Part shown: piece by piece, positions 13,224 to 26,873 of the stretch
Layout of the letters: every line of letters begins with the position of its first letter
Position numbering within the stretch: position 1 is the first letter of the stretch
Origin: Psilocybe cubensis
Lineage: Eukaryota
Direction of reading: 5' to 3'
NCBI GenBank assembly: GCA_017499595.2
Contig: CM039001.1
Span: 1,116,001 to 1,180,000 of the forward strand
Length of the DNA: 64,000 nucleotides
The notes under the pieces: model-generated
The model's input: only the letters and a program-made list of their open reading frames with translations
The model's database searches: none
What the model was told of the DNA's origin: nothing
Made by a program: the position numbers and the translations under genes

Positions 13224-13909
13224 TCATAGGTCATTTTCCCCGTCAAATGCGTCGGGAGGCACTTGACCTTGCATCTGCGTAAGGGCTCCAGAGAGAATGT
13301 ATAGAAAGGGAGCGGTCTTTACTGGCGGTGGTGTTGATTGATATCCAATCTTCAAAGAGCACCGTGGACAGTGGAATCGATACTGCTTCTCGTGTCCGCC
13401 TCCGGACCTGATGAATAAGAGTTATATCAGCCAAAAAGTGCTTTTACAGGGACATGTGAATGTGCACGATATGATACCTTTCTAAGAGGATTGGGTCTTC
13501 AGCAACGGCGTTCAGCTTGAAGACTCTTGCCTTCCCATCGTCGCTATCTTTAGAGCGAATGATAATAGCGTTGTCTGTCTTTCGACGTGGAAGAGAAGCA
13601 AGGCTTTTATCAATAACAAGCTGTGGGCACGGATCCAGATCAGACCGGCAGACAGGCATGAGAGGCGACGGACACGTACGATGAACTCGCCGCATATGCA
13701 ATCTGGACACCATGCGAAGATAATGAGATAGACATCACAATCAGCAACAGTTGCATTCCAGACACGCACAGTAGACACGCAGAGCAGCTGCTGAGCTCGC
13801 GGTTGGCTGGGCTGAAAATATGCATGAGCCGAGTAGAGAGAGATAGAAAGGTGTAGAGCGCACCGTCAGTCGACGACGAGACGGCCGACCTGGATACGAC
13901 CTTGGGCAT
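13224..13909 (-). CDS. STEEP1/CXorf56 (UPF0428)-like protein
   Basis: Five exons give MPKVVSRSAVSS...LRVYYCICGEFILVIDKSLASLPRRKTDNA...HEKQYRFHCPRCSLKIGYQ...FLYILSGAL. Confidence 0.8.
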
Positions 13910-14095
13910 CTGGATGCAAAGGAGAAAACAAGAGAGGCACAGCCGTCTATTCAGCCTGGTGCCTGGGTTAATAGCAGTGTTCCCCACGTGATTCAATAAT
14001 GATCCATTCTTACCCATACCGCCGTCGAAACCTGTGTACTATCCCGAGCTACATTTTGTCCTCTTACCTCCACCCTTCCCAGACCCCGTCGCTAC

Positions 14096-16114
14096 ATGGC
14101 TGAGAAAGATGCTACTGCGCGGCTCCGCAGGGCAGTCAAAGGTCCGTCTTTTGCTCATCGTATTCCTTCCCGGCGCGCTCACCGACCCATCGCTGCTCCA
14201 CCAGAGAATAACCTGTTCCTCGTGAAACGTCTCGTTCAGAGAACCGACATGCGCAATCCAGACACCGCTCCGAAGCGTTATACTTCTCTCGCATGGGCGG
14301 CGGTCCTGGGACATGAAGAGACCTTTGAATTTTTACTCAGCGCTGGCCATGATGACGATGAACTGAGCAGGGTATGTCCAATCCGCGGCCTAGCTTATTT
14401 CACGTCTTTTCATTCACTCTTTTAAGGACTCAGAAAATAACACTATTTTGATGCTGTTAGCAGACCAGAAACCTGCATCATCTGCGACATACGTGTCGGC
14501 GGATTCTGAAGACAAAACTGGCGCCTACTTGCGAATGGCTCGGCTGTATTTCGATCGCTATTCTTGGGTTCTCGACTGGTCAAATGTGCAGGGCAAGACT
14601 GCCCTACACATTGCGGCGCTCAAGGGTAATGAAGAACTTGTTAGGGTGTGCTAATTCGCGTCGGTGTGTTACACTTCGCCAATTCTAACCGATTTGTGCA
14701 GATGCTTTGTGACCTTGGCGCAGACTTTGATTTGGCGGACAATAAAGGGAACACGGCCTTACACTAGTGTGTTCTTTCATTTATCTATGTGGCGTGGTTG
14801 CTGATGTATCATAATGATTGGTAGTGCAAGCTCGTGGGGTCATATTGCTGTTCGTTAATCACTTCCTGGCTATCTGTTGTCCCAAAACTCACTCACAATG
14901 ACTCAGATCGTACAACTTCTCATAGAGCGGGGTTGTCAATTTAATGCCAGGAATAATCAAGGCTTCACTGCATCGGATTATGCCTATTCGTATGTCATTT
15001 TGACCCGATTTTTGGTCTGTTAGGCTGACCGTTTTACGTATTCAGTTACAGCACGAGGGACACCCTTCAAGACACCGCGAGGATACAGTTTGAGAACAAA
15101 AAGAAGGAGAGGAGAAATATATTTGCACAAGCGGCGCAAGCAGCAGCAAGAGGGGGAGATTGGGGAAATAATGCACACAATTCGATCCCTCCACCGGTCC
15201 CTGCCAAAGATTCTTCGCTGGCGTCTAGAATGAGAAGCGGGTCGGGAACAAGTCGCACCACCGCCACTTCAGACAGTGGTGATCCAGAACCTATAATTGC
15301 GGGCCAACTATCGTCATCTCCCTCTCAACCTTCGACTGGATCAAGCTCCGGTTTCTTTGCTCAATCTAACTTATCGCACCACACTCCACATGTCCCGTCT
15401 ATGAGCAGTACGGCGTCAGGTTACCTAGGACCCGTTCAACCAAAAGGTACCACATTAGGCCCTCCAGCCAATCCTGCTTCAGCCTTGTCACCGATTGCTA
15501 ACCGCGTACGGGAACGAGACGCTGACGCCATGGAGAAATATCTCAATCGCAATCGAAGTGGCAGCCAAGGAACTGCTTCCACGGACAATAAATCCCAGAA
15601 CGGATCACACTTTGCGTCAGCTGGGCCCTCAGCCAACGGCGATGATATCACGGCTCTGATGAGTGGATCAATAACACCAAGAAAGTTGCGCCCCTCTGCA
15701 TCAGCTGCGCAGCTAAGGACGACTCAAGTTTCCAGTTCTTCTAGTTCGGGAACGACCATTCCTCAACATGATAGTCGGAATCGTTCCGGCACTGGACCTA
15801 GTAATAATCGAGCAGGATCATCGCCATTTCCGCCCTTAGCTCGATCCTCCTCTATGTCCAAATCCCTCCGTCCCATGGCTAGCGCCGACAGAATACCCTT
15901 TGACACCCGAGACTCGGAATCGTATGCTGGACCATCGAGCCAGTACGCCTCGTTTCCCGAGCCACCTGCCGTAACAGAAGATCAGAGCACGCCGACGAAT
16001 GGGCGTCGTAAAGCCTTTCATATCCTTGGCAAGCCATTGCAATCATTCGACACTTCGACGAACTCCAATGGACATCGGCGAGGGATGTCATCGACCTCCG
16101 TTCGAGGATCGTGA
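14096..16114 (+). CDS. Ankyrin-repeat protein, TORC2 subunit Avo2-like
   Basis: ATARLRRAVK|ENNLFLVKRL, TSLAWAA, GKTALHIAA, GNTALH ankyrin repeats followed by a long Ser-rich tail. Confidence 0.75.
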
Positions 16115-16582
16115 TTGTACTTCACCTCACATGTACTACTACTGCTATCTCACAGCATCCCGTGTATGATTAATTGTGAACAGTTTCTGTCGCCTTCTTG
16201 TACATACATATCGACAACAGTATACGTTAGGTCTTGGACGATTGTTCGGTCTAACCACCCTCGTATTTATTTCGTGTATTTTTACTTTTCTTGTTGAACC
16301 GAAATGTAGTTGCTGTCTAGTTTTGGCTCCTAATTCGAGTTGTGTGTAAATGCTGATCTGATGTGCTTTCTCTCCGAGTAAGGAACCCATTTGGAACGCT
16401 CGAGGCTGGAGAGTAATCGGAGCCATGAGTCAGTTGGCGTAATGCCGGGGCGTGCCGAGGGGTGTTGAAGGTGTTCATGTCGGTTGGAACCTAGTCGGGT
16501 CAAGTTATACATAAGTGTCCATCTTGCATTGCGGATGCCCGTTGCCTCCCCCATAGAAGACGGTTACCTCCTGTAAACCATA

Positions 16583-19166
16583 ATGATACCCCCCGTCGCT
16601 GAAAGTGAGGACCCTACAACTCAGATTCCGTGGCCTGCTGCCCGAGGGCGCGATTTGGACCCCGCAGATGACGTCGACAGCCATCAAAACCGCGAGGCAC
16701 CTACCGCTACTATAACCAGTGGCGACCAGAGGACAGCGAGGGCCGCGTCTCCTAAACGGCGCTTCTCAACATGGGATCTTATAACGTTAAGCATCTCTAT
16801 GGGAGGTGCTCAAATTGCATGGACAGTCGAACTGGGGTGGGTATCCGGGCTAAGGCTGGAGTCCATACTGAACTGGGCTGATATATGACATGTATCTGCC
16901 CCTAGATATGGGACACCGTTTTTGCTTGATCTTGGGCTGAAGGAACACTTGACGTCTCTTGTATGGCTGGCAGGTCCAATTAGTGGGCTTGTAGCTCAGC
17001 CACTCATAGGTATGCTCTCTTTTATATCAACGTGGTAGCGTACTGACTGAGTGATTAACGCCGTTTATCTTAGGGGCCTTATCTGACGCTTCTTCGTCCA
17101 AGTATCGCCGCCGTTTCTGGATTGGTCTATCGACTGTTGCTCTCGTTATATCTACACTTACCCTCGCATACTGCCAGGAAATAGCGGCATTTTGCGTTGA
17201 TGTCCTAGGCGTAGGCGCAGGAGATTGGGCAGAACGGCGACAGAACGTCGTGAGTATATCAATCAGCATGATGCTACTATTCTACCAGAAGTTGGTTCTC
17301 ATTTGTGTTTGTTTCCGACTCGTTAGCTGAAATGGACTGCCATCGGATTCGCCATTGTCTCTTTCTATGTTCTCGACTTCGCTTTGAACGGACTGCAGGC
17401 ATCTCTTCGAAATCTACTGCTTGACGTGACACCTCCTGGGCAGCTCAGTTCTGCCAACGCCTGGCACGGACGCATGACCAATGCTGGAAATATCGTAGGT
17501 TTCGGATTTGGTTAGTCCTGCCCTTTTACCACGACCTATGATATAAATATTCAATGGGTCAATATAGGATTTCTTCCATTAGCAGACCTCCCGATTATTC
17601 GCCTCATAGGTGGAAGCCAATTTAGGAAGTTTTGCATTATTTGCATCGTTATTCTTGTCTCCACAGTATGGATAACCTGCGCTAATCATCATGAGGAAGA
17701 ACGTCCAAAGTCTCACAGGCGCCAAGGGTTTGTATATATTGTTGTTATGAATATAATTATTTTTGAAGGTGTTTGCAGGAATACTATGCGGGAAGTGTTC
17801 AGTAACATTGCTACGTCGGTCAAAAACCTACCCAAACCTATTCGACGTGTCTGTTTTGTTCAACTCTGTGCATTCATGGGCTGGTGGGTTTTGCCATTCA
17901 CTAAATGTAATATCGTTGACCTCATACGTTGACCTCATACGCCTACCCTAGGTTCCCCTTTCTCTTTTACTCGTAGGTTATTTTCTACTTATTTTTGGTT
18001 ACTATATTGAAATCATATTTGTTAGGACGACATACATGGGTCAAATCATGGCTTATGAACAAAATAAAGAGCCAGATGCTGAACTTGCCACTAGGACAGG
18101 TGAACTTGCCATGTTGATCTACAGCGTCGGTATGTGCTGTTCTTGATCTTACGTTTCCATGATGCTAAGTGATATTGGTAGTTGGTGTTTGTGCCGGAAC
18201 AATTCTGCCTCATCTTGCAACTCGCGACCGACGGTTAATGGGCGCTAAAACTGATGTTGACGAAGATGCCGAGATATCACGATTAAGGGCCATGGTGCGC
18301 CAGTGGAGAGTAGATGCTGCTCGCCGAGGACAGGAACTCCATCTTCCTGTCATGCCTTTCCTTTTGCGAAATATCTGGACTGGAGCGCTCCTGTTTTTCA
18401 GTTTGCTCACCTTGTCAACGTTCTTCATCTCCACAGTGGTTCAGGTATGTTTTTCTCCTTCTCAGAATGCCACTTAGTAATATTCAATACATCTAGGCCA
18501 CAATATTTATAAGTCTTGTTGGCATATGCTGGGCAGTTGCTATGTGGGTTCCTTTCGCAATTATCATGGAGGTAAGAAACGTCATGGGATACTGTACTAT
18601 TCCGCCATCAATGATTGATTACATTAGCTTCTCAAAGAGCCTCCTCCCCCAAATCGACGGGTGGTCCCAGACGGTCGACGACCAGTGCATGCGCGCAATA
18701 TTTCAAACCCAGTCCGCCCCAGCTTTACTAGTGAACGACAGCCTTTGATTCGCCGCCGCTCCTTCGACGAGTACGAGAATGCTGTCGACGAAGAAATACT
18801 ACCCGGTGCACCGTTGCCTGGCGGAACTATTCTTGGCATACACAATCTTTCAATTGTTCTTCCTCAGTTGCTGGTAAGTCCTTTTGACGGTCCACTCAAC
18901 TGACTTCTGGTCTGAGAAGCGTTTAGGTGGCTCTAGTAACAAGCATCATTTTCCGTGTAGTGGATGGACCTGAAACACAGAACGCTGCCAATCAATCAGA
19001 TTCATACTATGGCAAAAACGGAGTTGCTTGGGCTCTTCGCTTTGGTGGCCTCTGCACGATCTTAGGCGCTATTCTTGCCCGTCGGGTTCCTCCTACACCT
19101 ACTGAAAAGGCCATGCGCCGACGGCTAGGCGAAATGAAACTTTTGGGAGAGGAGGTTAACCCGTGA
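16583..19166 (+). CDS. MFS sucrose/alpha-glucoside:H+ symporter (Sut1/SLC45-like)
   Basis: GAQIAWTVELGYGTP, VWLAGPISGLVAQPLIG, YRRRFW, DFALNGLQASLRNLLLD, FMGWFPFLFY, GTILGIHNLSIVLPQ. Confidence 0.9.
17915..17940 (+). repeat. Perfect 13-bp tandem duplication (GTTGACCTCATAC x2) inside an MFS intron
   Basis: Direct reading of the sequence. Confidence 0.9.
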
Positions 19167-19348
19167 AAGAGATCATTGTTGTGGGATAGGATTCCTTGTA
19201 CCTTGCTTTGCATATGCTAGAATCTATCAGTAATAATCGTGTTTTGTTTGTTTTTAGGTGTACCATAGTTTCACGGTGGCTAATTAACTGCGGACAATGT
19301 GCAATTTTTTTTGGCTTTTGCATTGATATGGGTTAAGGTCTCTGCCTA

Positions 19349-21925
19349 CTATAAAGTAGGTAGAACATGATTGCTCGAGGCAGTTATAATTACAAAAGCA
19401 AGGTCCCAATTATCGATATCTTGGCTAGATATAATGCGGGATGGTATGTGTGTGACAGGAGGGCACTCTTCACCGAAAATATTCTTTTGTACATTGCTCA
19501 CTGAAGAAATACAGAATATGTGTCATTAGAATATCTATTAAATTGCAGTTAAAACTTATTTACCTGGAACATCGAGGTCTGACCGATAAAAACACCTTAT
19601 AGAGAGAGCTTGCTCCAAAGTCTGGGTGAGACTGGAGACCATTTCACGCAATTCAGTTGCATAACTTTGTTCAAATTCGCCCTTGATGAAAATAACGGCG
19701 CAGGCTGAATGGTCTTCTTTGAAGGTCAATGTTTGCCAGAGAATAGAGCGACCGCTGTCGTAGTTTAATATCCCTGCACAATAGAAGATAAGCCGGTTGT
19801 TGCGACCGCATACATCATACGCACGACAGTCATATAATGGAATGCAACTTTGGAGCATTAGTTCTCCGTCATAATTATCCACTACGTGACACCTTCCGGT
19901 GTGTAGGATCACTTGCTTTTCTACTAGCGCATGCTTAGGCAGATCCTTGACGACTACGAATAGCGTTGGATATTGGCGTGACTATTTTCAAAAAAAAAAA
20001 AACATAAAAAAGCCCCGTCATTCAATAAGATAAGGAAATTACTTTATGTGCAAGGTGGCCTTGTTTAACATGGATAAGGTGATTTGGCTCTGTTATCCAG
20101 TAGATAGCGGAGAGCGTAAACCCCTCCCAACCGCCGCCAGAATTTTCTTTCAAAGCAGTTGCTATACGCTCGACATGCTGGGACGCCAATGCCATTTCCG
20201 TTGACAAGGAGCGAGGTATTGGTAATGCCAATTCGCTTGGAATAAGGCCAATCTGTCCTGATATGAATACACGCTCGCCTGTTGTGATAGCTTGGGAATA
20301 TGGGCCTATGTTTGCTGGTGCCCAGTAACTCAAGCCTTGAACATGGAGCGCTTGTCGATCACGTGGGGATATTTCAGCGTATGCAATGCATTCTAGCCTC
20401 ACGCGAACAGTTTTTGGAAGATCAACACATACACATGCGCGAGCAGGCGGACTGACGCCAAAGAATGTGGAATATACAGCATTTACCGGAAGGAATAAAT
20501 CCATAGACGAAATCATAACATTGATCATTGTACACTGCGATAAATCTGCTCCATATGAAGACAGATGCTCTGCAACTTGTCAGGTAAATATGACATCATA
20601 GTGCGTTTATGCAACTCACCAGCAAGGGTGGTAAAACACTGGGTAACTTCTTCTTCAATTGTCAAGATGCCATCGTCCGGAATATCAGCCTGTACGTTTG
20701 AAACAACAATCCATGGTCCTTTACGCCAACCAAGGGAGGTGGGAAAGTTGACATGGTGAGTAAAAGAACCACCCCATGAGGTGCGTTTATTGGATTCGAT
20801 TTTGTTCAGGGAATCGTTCACAGCTTGTTTGATCGATTCGTATTGATCCTCTAACAGAGTTGGGATAATGGCGACCTGGTTAATTCCATCAGACTTGGAT
20901 TCTAGTTCGGCACCCTTGACTCGAAGAAATGCAACTGTGGCAAAGTCGTTGTCTGAATGGATCACAGTTTCTGTGTCCGTGCTGAGGAAATTGAAATGAA
21001 GTGAGTCGAAGTAAACACAAATTGGAACTAGAAAATTGAATTACAGATTAATGCGATACTTGAATAGGGGACAGTCCAAAGTCAAAGTTTCGTATTCCCC
21101 GCCTTCGCCGCAAATATGAGAGCCGTACAGTGTATTCTGAGACAATATTGACTTGATATTTTTTGCAACCACTGTAGGTACCCACCAGTTTGGAAAGTGT
21201 GGTTCGCATTTGAGAAAGGGTTTTTCCAAGATGATTTTTTGTCAACCCAATCCCTGCTACTTTGATTAAAATCGCTTCCACGCCAGCGTCGATCATCTCA
21301 GAAAGTAAATGTGCTTGATCTCGTTGCCACAAGTAACATAACGTGGTCAAACCCAGGCGACGACAACTATTTTAAAGTGAGTATGTTGCGAGAAAAACTG
21401 AGAGACGACATACACATGTTCGACACGGACTCTCTGATAATTTGAAAGAATAGCGCCAACAGAAACACCTTTGATGTCTGGGTGATGTGCCTATATGATT
21501 TACAATGTCAAAGCTACAGTATTCATTGGTTAAATAAGGAGCAATGACCTTGACAGTAGATAAGAGTTCGAACAAATCCTCAGTCTCGTCACCAACTACG
21601 CCGCTTGCGTTATTCGGTTTCCTTTCACCATACTCTGATCCTTGCTCGATAGCGTGTCCAGTAATTATTCTGCGATACAATGGTACATCTAGTGCACGAG
21701 CAACAAATTCAATTGCGTCTTGACCGACAGTTTGGTAAAGATATGAATCGAGTTCCTCTAACAGGCCATAAATATTATAAGAAGATTTGATGTGGGTTTT
21801 GTCGGACCTTTGCCAGGTTCTGGCCCCAATGAAGCGGCAGCTATAAGATCGTGGCCGTTCTGTGAGCAATGGACGAGGTTATAGCAGCTATCCTTGCCAC
21901 CACTAAGCAAGGCGACGTATTTCAT
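19349..21925 (-). CDS. DPH6: Diphthine--ammonia ligase with C-terminal RidA/YjgF-like domains
   Basis: MKYVALLSGGKDSCYN, SYLYQTVG, GDETEDL, YLWQRDQ, HICGEGGEYETLTLDCPLF, LHVQGLSYWAPANIGPYSQ. Confidence 0.93.
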
Positions 21926-22073
21926 GGTGGAAGTTGAAAACGAGATTGATCATAGAAGAAAAATGATCGCAATGCTCTGATTGGGTAAACAGGGTGTTCA
22001 GGGTCTGCATTCCATTTGTAGTTTTGTAGACCTGACTCGATCTCTCACAAATCTACTTCCTCTTATCTACAAA

Positions 22074-24449
22074 ATGCCGACAGTCAGCGTAGACAAAGCA
22101 GATCTTTGGGCGCGCCTGGGAAGAGAGTACAGTAAGCTATGTTAGTAGATGGTCATCGTTTTATTTTCTGATCATAAGTGACATATAGCGACTGAAGAGT
22201 TCGATAAGTTGTGCTTCGATTATGGACTAGAGCTTGACGAAGATGTGTGTATATCTCAGCTTTGTTCGCGATTATAAACCAATTCTGTTAAAGACTACTG
22301 CAGAGGTGGAGGAGGCGATTAAAAAAGGCTTGCCTGCTGAGCGACCAGTAAGCCACACCTTGTATACTTTACCAGCATCCTGCTCGACTCATCGCACAAA
22401 AGCAATTGAAAATCGAGATCCCTGCCAATAGGTACTTCTTGTACTCAATATGCGAATCTTTTCTGACAGTTAGATTGCTCGTACAGATACGATCTTCTTT
22501 GTATAGAAGGCATCGCTCGTGCTCTGCGTGTTTTTCTACAACTATCGGAAGCACCGAAATACAAACTTGCATACCCTCCATCTGGCGAGGCAGGCCTCTT
22601 GACGGTTACTATAGATAAAGAGGTGAGCTTTATTGTCATTCAAATACACCGATTTCTGATAAATTAATGTAGACAGAAAAAATCAGACCTCTCTTCGCCT
22701 GTGCCGTCCTACGAAACATCAAATTTACTCCAAGCTCCTACGCATCCTTCATAGATCTACAGGACAAACTGCATCAAAATATCTGCAGACGGCGCCAACT
22801 TGTTGCCATTGGAACTCACGATTTGGATACTCTGACACCTCCTTTCCGTTACGAAGCGAGGCCTCCCAAAGACATTAAATTTGCCCCTCTGGGAAAAGAC
22901 AAGAAGTATACCGCGGAAGAGCTGATGACTCTGTATGATGTACGCCACTTAGCCTGACCACTCGCTGATTCATTCCAAAATAACCAGTTAATTTTAGTCG
23001 GAAAAGCATTTGGCTAAATACCTACACATTATCCGTGACTCTCCTGTCTATCCCATTATCTACGATACCAAAGATCAGGTCCTTTCCATGCCTCCTATCA
23101 TTAATTCTGATCACAGCAAAATCACCTTGGACACCCGGAATGTCTTCATCGACGTCACCGCAACTGACCAGACTAAACTGGATATTGTAGTCAACATCGT
23201 CGCGACAATGTTTGCAGAGTATTGTGCGGAACCCTTCACGTCAGTGTATTGAAGTTTCATTAGATTATTTCGGACCGCTAACAACAACCTACAGGATCGA
23301 ACCTGTCAAGGTAGTGTTGCCAAACGGACAAACTCGCATCTGTCCAGATCTCTCGGGACGCGAAATGACCGCGCGCGCCTCATATGTTAATTCATGCACA
23401 GGTCTCTCGCTTTCATCTCAAGAGGTTTCAACACTTCTCACTCGCATGGCCTTGACCACCTCCGTCTCTCCATCCAATCCTGACGAAATTCAGGTGCACA
23501 TTCCTCCAACACGGCCTGACGTTCTGCACGAGTGTGATATCATGGAGGATGCAGCTATTGCATACGGGTTCAATAACCTTCCCGATAAATTCCCTGCGAC
23601 CAGTACAGTCGCACAGCCGTTGGCTATCAGCAAACTGAGCGACGTTATCCGTACTGAATGGGCAATGGCTGGTTGGATTGAAGTTCTCCCTCTCATTTTG
23701 GTAAGAGTAACCATTGCTTGTCATGACTCCCAAGTTGAATTTTAACCTTTATCGCAGTGCTCACACGAGGAGAACTTTGAGTGGCTGAACCATGAAGACG
23801 ACGGGAATACGGCCGTGAAGATCGCCAATCCCAAAAGTCTCGAATTCCAAGTCGTCCGGACGACGCTTGTTCCAGGTCTGCTTAAGACGATTCGCGAGAA
23901 TCGTTCGCATGCTCTGCCGATCAAGATCTTCGAGACATCTGAAGTCGTCTTCAAAGACACCACGCGGGAACGCCAGGCGCGCAATGAGCGCCATGCCGCC
24001 GCTGTTCTCTGTAATAAGTCTGCTGGATTCGAGATTGTGCACGGGATGTTGGATCGTGCAATGAAGATGCTTGAAATTCCTAGGATATCGAGCACCGATT
24101 ACAAGGCGGAGACTGGTTATTATATCAAAGAAACCAGCGGTACGTAACTCATCGTAGAGCCCGGTTACTCATTCTAAACATTGTTTTGTTAGATCCTATG
24201 TATTTCCCAGGACGTGCTGCTAACGTTTTCTACCGACCAGCTCCTGCAAAGAATGGCAAGATTGCGTCCGTCAAAAAGGGTATCGAAGATGCTTTGCACA
24301 TCAGCCACGACCTGAACATTGGAAGCCTTGGCATACTCCACCCTACCGTATTGGAAAAATTCGAAATTGGATTCCCTTGCTCAGCATTGGAATTCACTCT
24401 TGAACCTTTCAAGAAGAAGATGTCAAAAGTGTGGACCAATGAGGATTGA
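22074..24449 (+). CDS. FRS1: Cytosolic phenylalanyl-tRNA synthetase beta subunit
   Basis: [87 protein letters not shown]. Confidence 0.96.
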
Positions 24450-24578
24450 AAAGATAGGGTTACGAAGCAAGATAAACATGTATTAGATGAACACATGTTG
24501 GGTACAAATACATTGCTACCGCGGTACACGTCGTTGCCCCGATATTATTTTAAGTTATTGCCACGTATTACATATGAA

Positions 24579-25439
24579 TCACTGACCACCCCCTCCTCCT
24601 CCTCCTCGCTTTGGCTGCTCAGGTTCTTCAGGACCAGATCCGACCGCTATTGAAATTGTCAATGTGTGCTTTAGAGGAAAAGGGAAAGAATCACAGACCG
24701 AGAACGAGGACTACGGCAACAATATACATCCAGTATTTCTGGATGAACGATTTCTCCGGGACGGGTTTTACGACTTGCCCTTCGGGTGTGAGAGGCGGTG
24801 GTGCTCTAAGCTCAGGTCTAACTAACAGTCAGAGCAATATATCATGTAGACAAGAAAGACCGTACAGAGGAGGTGTTGTTGGCTGTCTCAGTAGAACGGT
24901 CGAGTTCAATCGTTGAACTTTGTTAGAAAAAGCCTTGAGGGATGACGCAGGCGAACTCGTCTTTGACTTGGTTTGCGGACATGAGCCATCGTGAGGTATA
25001 GGTGACACAAAGTAATCAATGGCAAAGGGTGAATTGTCTTGTCCGCTTGGAAGATGAAGTAGAATTGTGTCTGCTGTAGCTTTACTCAGATAGCACTATG
25101 GGGTATTGACTGAGCACAGCACTGTAAGACCGCGGGTCGACCACGTACGGCTTTCACTGACGAGTAGTCCCACAAGGCCTCTGATGAATCGCCCTCATGT
25201 TCCAATGCGACTTGATACAGCACCTCGGCGTCGCGGTCTAAAGTTCGAACGGCGTCCGCGAACGCGGCCAAATCTTGGGCAAAGGTAGGGACGTGCTCTG
25301 CTGTAGCGGTATCGAGGGACACGGTGGACCTCTTGCGATACTGCTGGGAGGGAAGGTCGGGGTGGAAAACACGGTGGTGGAGAACGAGCTCTGCGGCGTT
25401 GGCGACGGAGAGGAAAGCTGCGAGGACTGGGAGCTTCAT
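24579..25439 (-). CDS. EMC10: ER membrane protein complex subunit 10-like
   Basis: Signal peptide MKLPVLAAFLSVANA; C-terminal PEKSFIQKYWMYIVAVVLV transmembrane motif typical of EMC10; Gly-rich tail. Confidence 0.75.
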
Positions 25440-25596
25440 GGTGAGGATCAAGACGAGGCGTGACGGAATCGAGCCGTGTCGAGGCTGGTCGATTGCCATT
25501 GGCCAGAGTGCTTACATCAGCATATGGGGAGTGGTTATTGGCCCTTGCTCAGGAGGGTGCTCTGATTGGGTGATTCTTGCCTCTCTTCTCCAACCA

Positions 25597-26148
25597 ATGG
25601 CCACCGCATACACCCATTCCATCCCGACTCCCCCGTTTTCTCCTCAGAATTACAGAATGCCTGACGAAAATGCAGAGAATCCCCTCAAGTCAACTATCAA
25701 CCTCCTCGACTCTCTCGTCGCCTTCTACCAGCACGAGAGGATGTGGGTTTACCGCACCCGCGCAACCCTCGAGGATGCATTCCAATCCCCGCCTCCACCC
25801 ACAGACGACAGGGCACAGGACAATTTAGATGATATTTCTGCATCTACAAACGACGAAGAGGCGGCCAGATACACTGATGCCCAACTACCAAGTACATCCC
25901 GTGCTCAGTCACAGCAGTCAACTAGGTGGAATCGAAGAAAACGGGGCTTCAAGCTGCGAATCGATGGTATTCGCCACAAGCGGGTCATCTCGACGCAACC
26001 CGTGGGCGATCAGCATTCCGGCCAGCTCCCACCCCGAGAGCATATCTTGCAGATGTTCGAAAAGATGATGGAGTCGAGGATGGAGAGTTGCCAAAGAGTC
26101 AATAAAATGATCCAGGATGCTAACAGAGCTAATCTCCACCAACGATGA
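25597..26148 (+). CDS. Intronless hypothetical protein (183 aa)
   Basis: Single open frame from ATG 25597 with helical blocks LLDSLVAFYQHERMWVYRTR and ILQMFEKMMESRMESCQRVNKMI plus basic RWNRRKRGFKL. Confidence 0.7.
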   Translation: MATAYTHSIPTPPFSPQNYRMPDENAENPLKSTINLLDSLVAFYQHERMWVYRTRATLEDAFQSPPPPTDDRAQDNLDDISASTNDEEAARYTDAQLPSTSRAQSQQSTRWNRRKRGFKLRIDGIRHKRVISTQPVGDQHSGQLPPREHILQMFEKMMESRMESCQRVNKMIQDANRANLHQR

Positions 26149-26873
26149 CCGTAGGTACACCGGATATAACCACGAGAGATGGCATCGCTGACCATCCGTT
26201 TCATATCAGTAGGGTGGCACCACCCTTGACCTGTATTTTACCTCAGTTATTTGAACGACGAGCGAATATTGGCATCTTCTGCGTTCAAATTGTATAAATA
26301 ACCCAGACTCGTTATGTATTTTCTATATGTTTGGATGGAATGCATTGGTTTGCTCTTCATAAACCACGCTCCAGAGAGGTTCGTTGCCCGCGAAAACACG
26401 AGGCCGAGTGTCACCTCAGCACCTGAGCCTAGGCAGTCGGCGACAGTCGAGACTGCAGCCCGCGATTCGTGAGAGACAGACCTATTGACGGGACAATTAA
26501 CACACGGGAAAATGAATAAAGAAATGACACCCACCAATCAGAGAACAGGAACGATAAGCCAGGGCGTATGATTGTCGACGCTGTCTCCGGCAATGTGTTG
26601 TAATTTGTATGCTATAAGCAGTTGGGCCTGTATATGAGTTGGCAGTCAGCACAAGCGTAGGAGATGGTCGAGTTCCAAGTTATATAAAGAGAGGAGAGTT
26701 GAGGCACAAACGCCACCGATAAATAGCAACAAACAAAGGCGGCAGGACTGGATCAGCCAAGAGACAGTTACATACCCACCACAAAACAAACCGTTCGACT
26801 CTTGGATCTCCCGCAGCTGTCTCTTTCGTTCGTTTTTCTTATATTGTCTGTTTAATTTCTATAGAACCATTGT

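Noticed and set aside
16400-16450. TGAGTCA (Gcn4/AP-1) and SYGGRG (CreA) motifs upstream of the sugar transporter
   Set aside because: Short motifs expected by chance; not supportable without conservation data
19989-20002. Poly-A run as a retroelement tail or frameshift
   Set aside because: It is the poly-T tract of a DPH6 intron on the minus strand; flanking exons join in frame
19349-20965. RidA/YjgF domains fused to DPH6 as a novel fusion
   Set aside because: Known architecture of fungal Dph6
25324-25596. N-terminal extension of the 274-aa ORF overlapping EMC10
   Set aside because: Begins at a non-ATG codon antisense to EMC10; ATG 25597 is the more credible start
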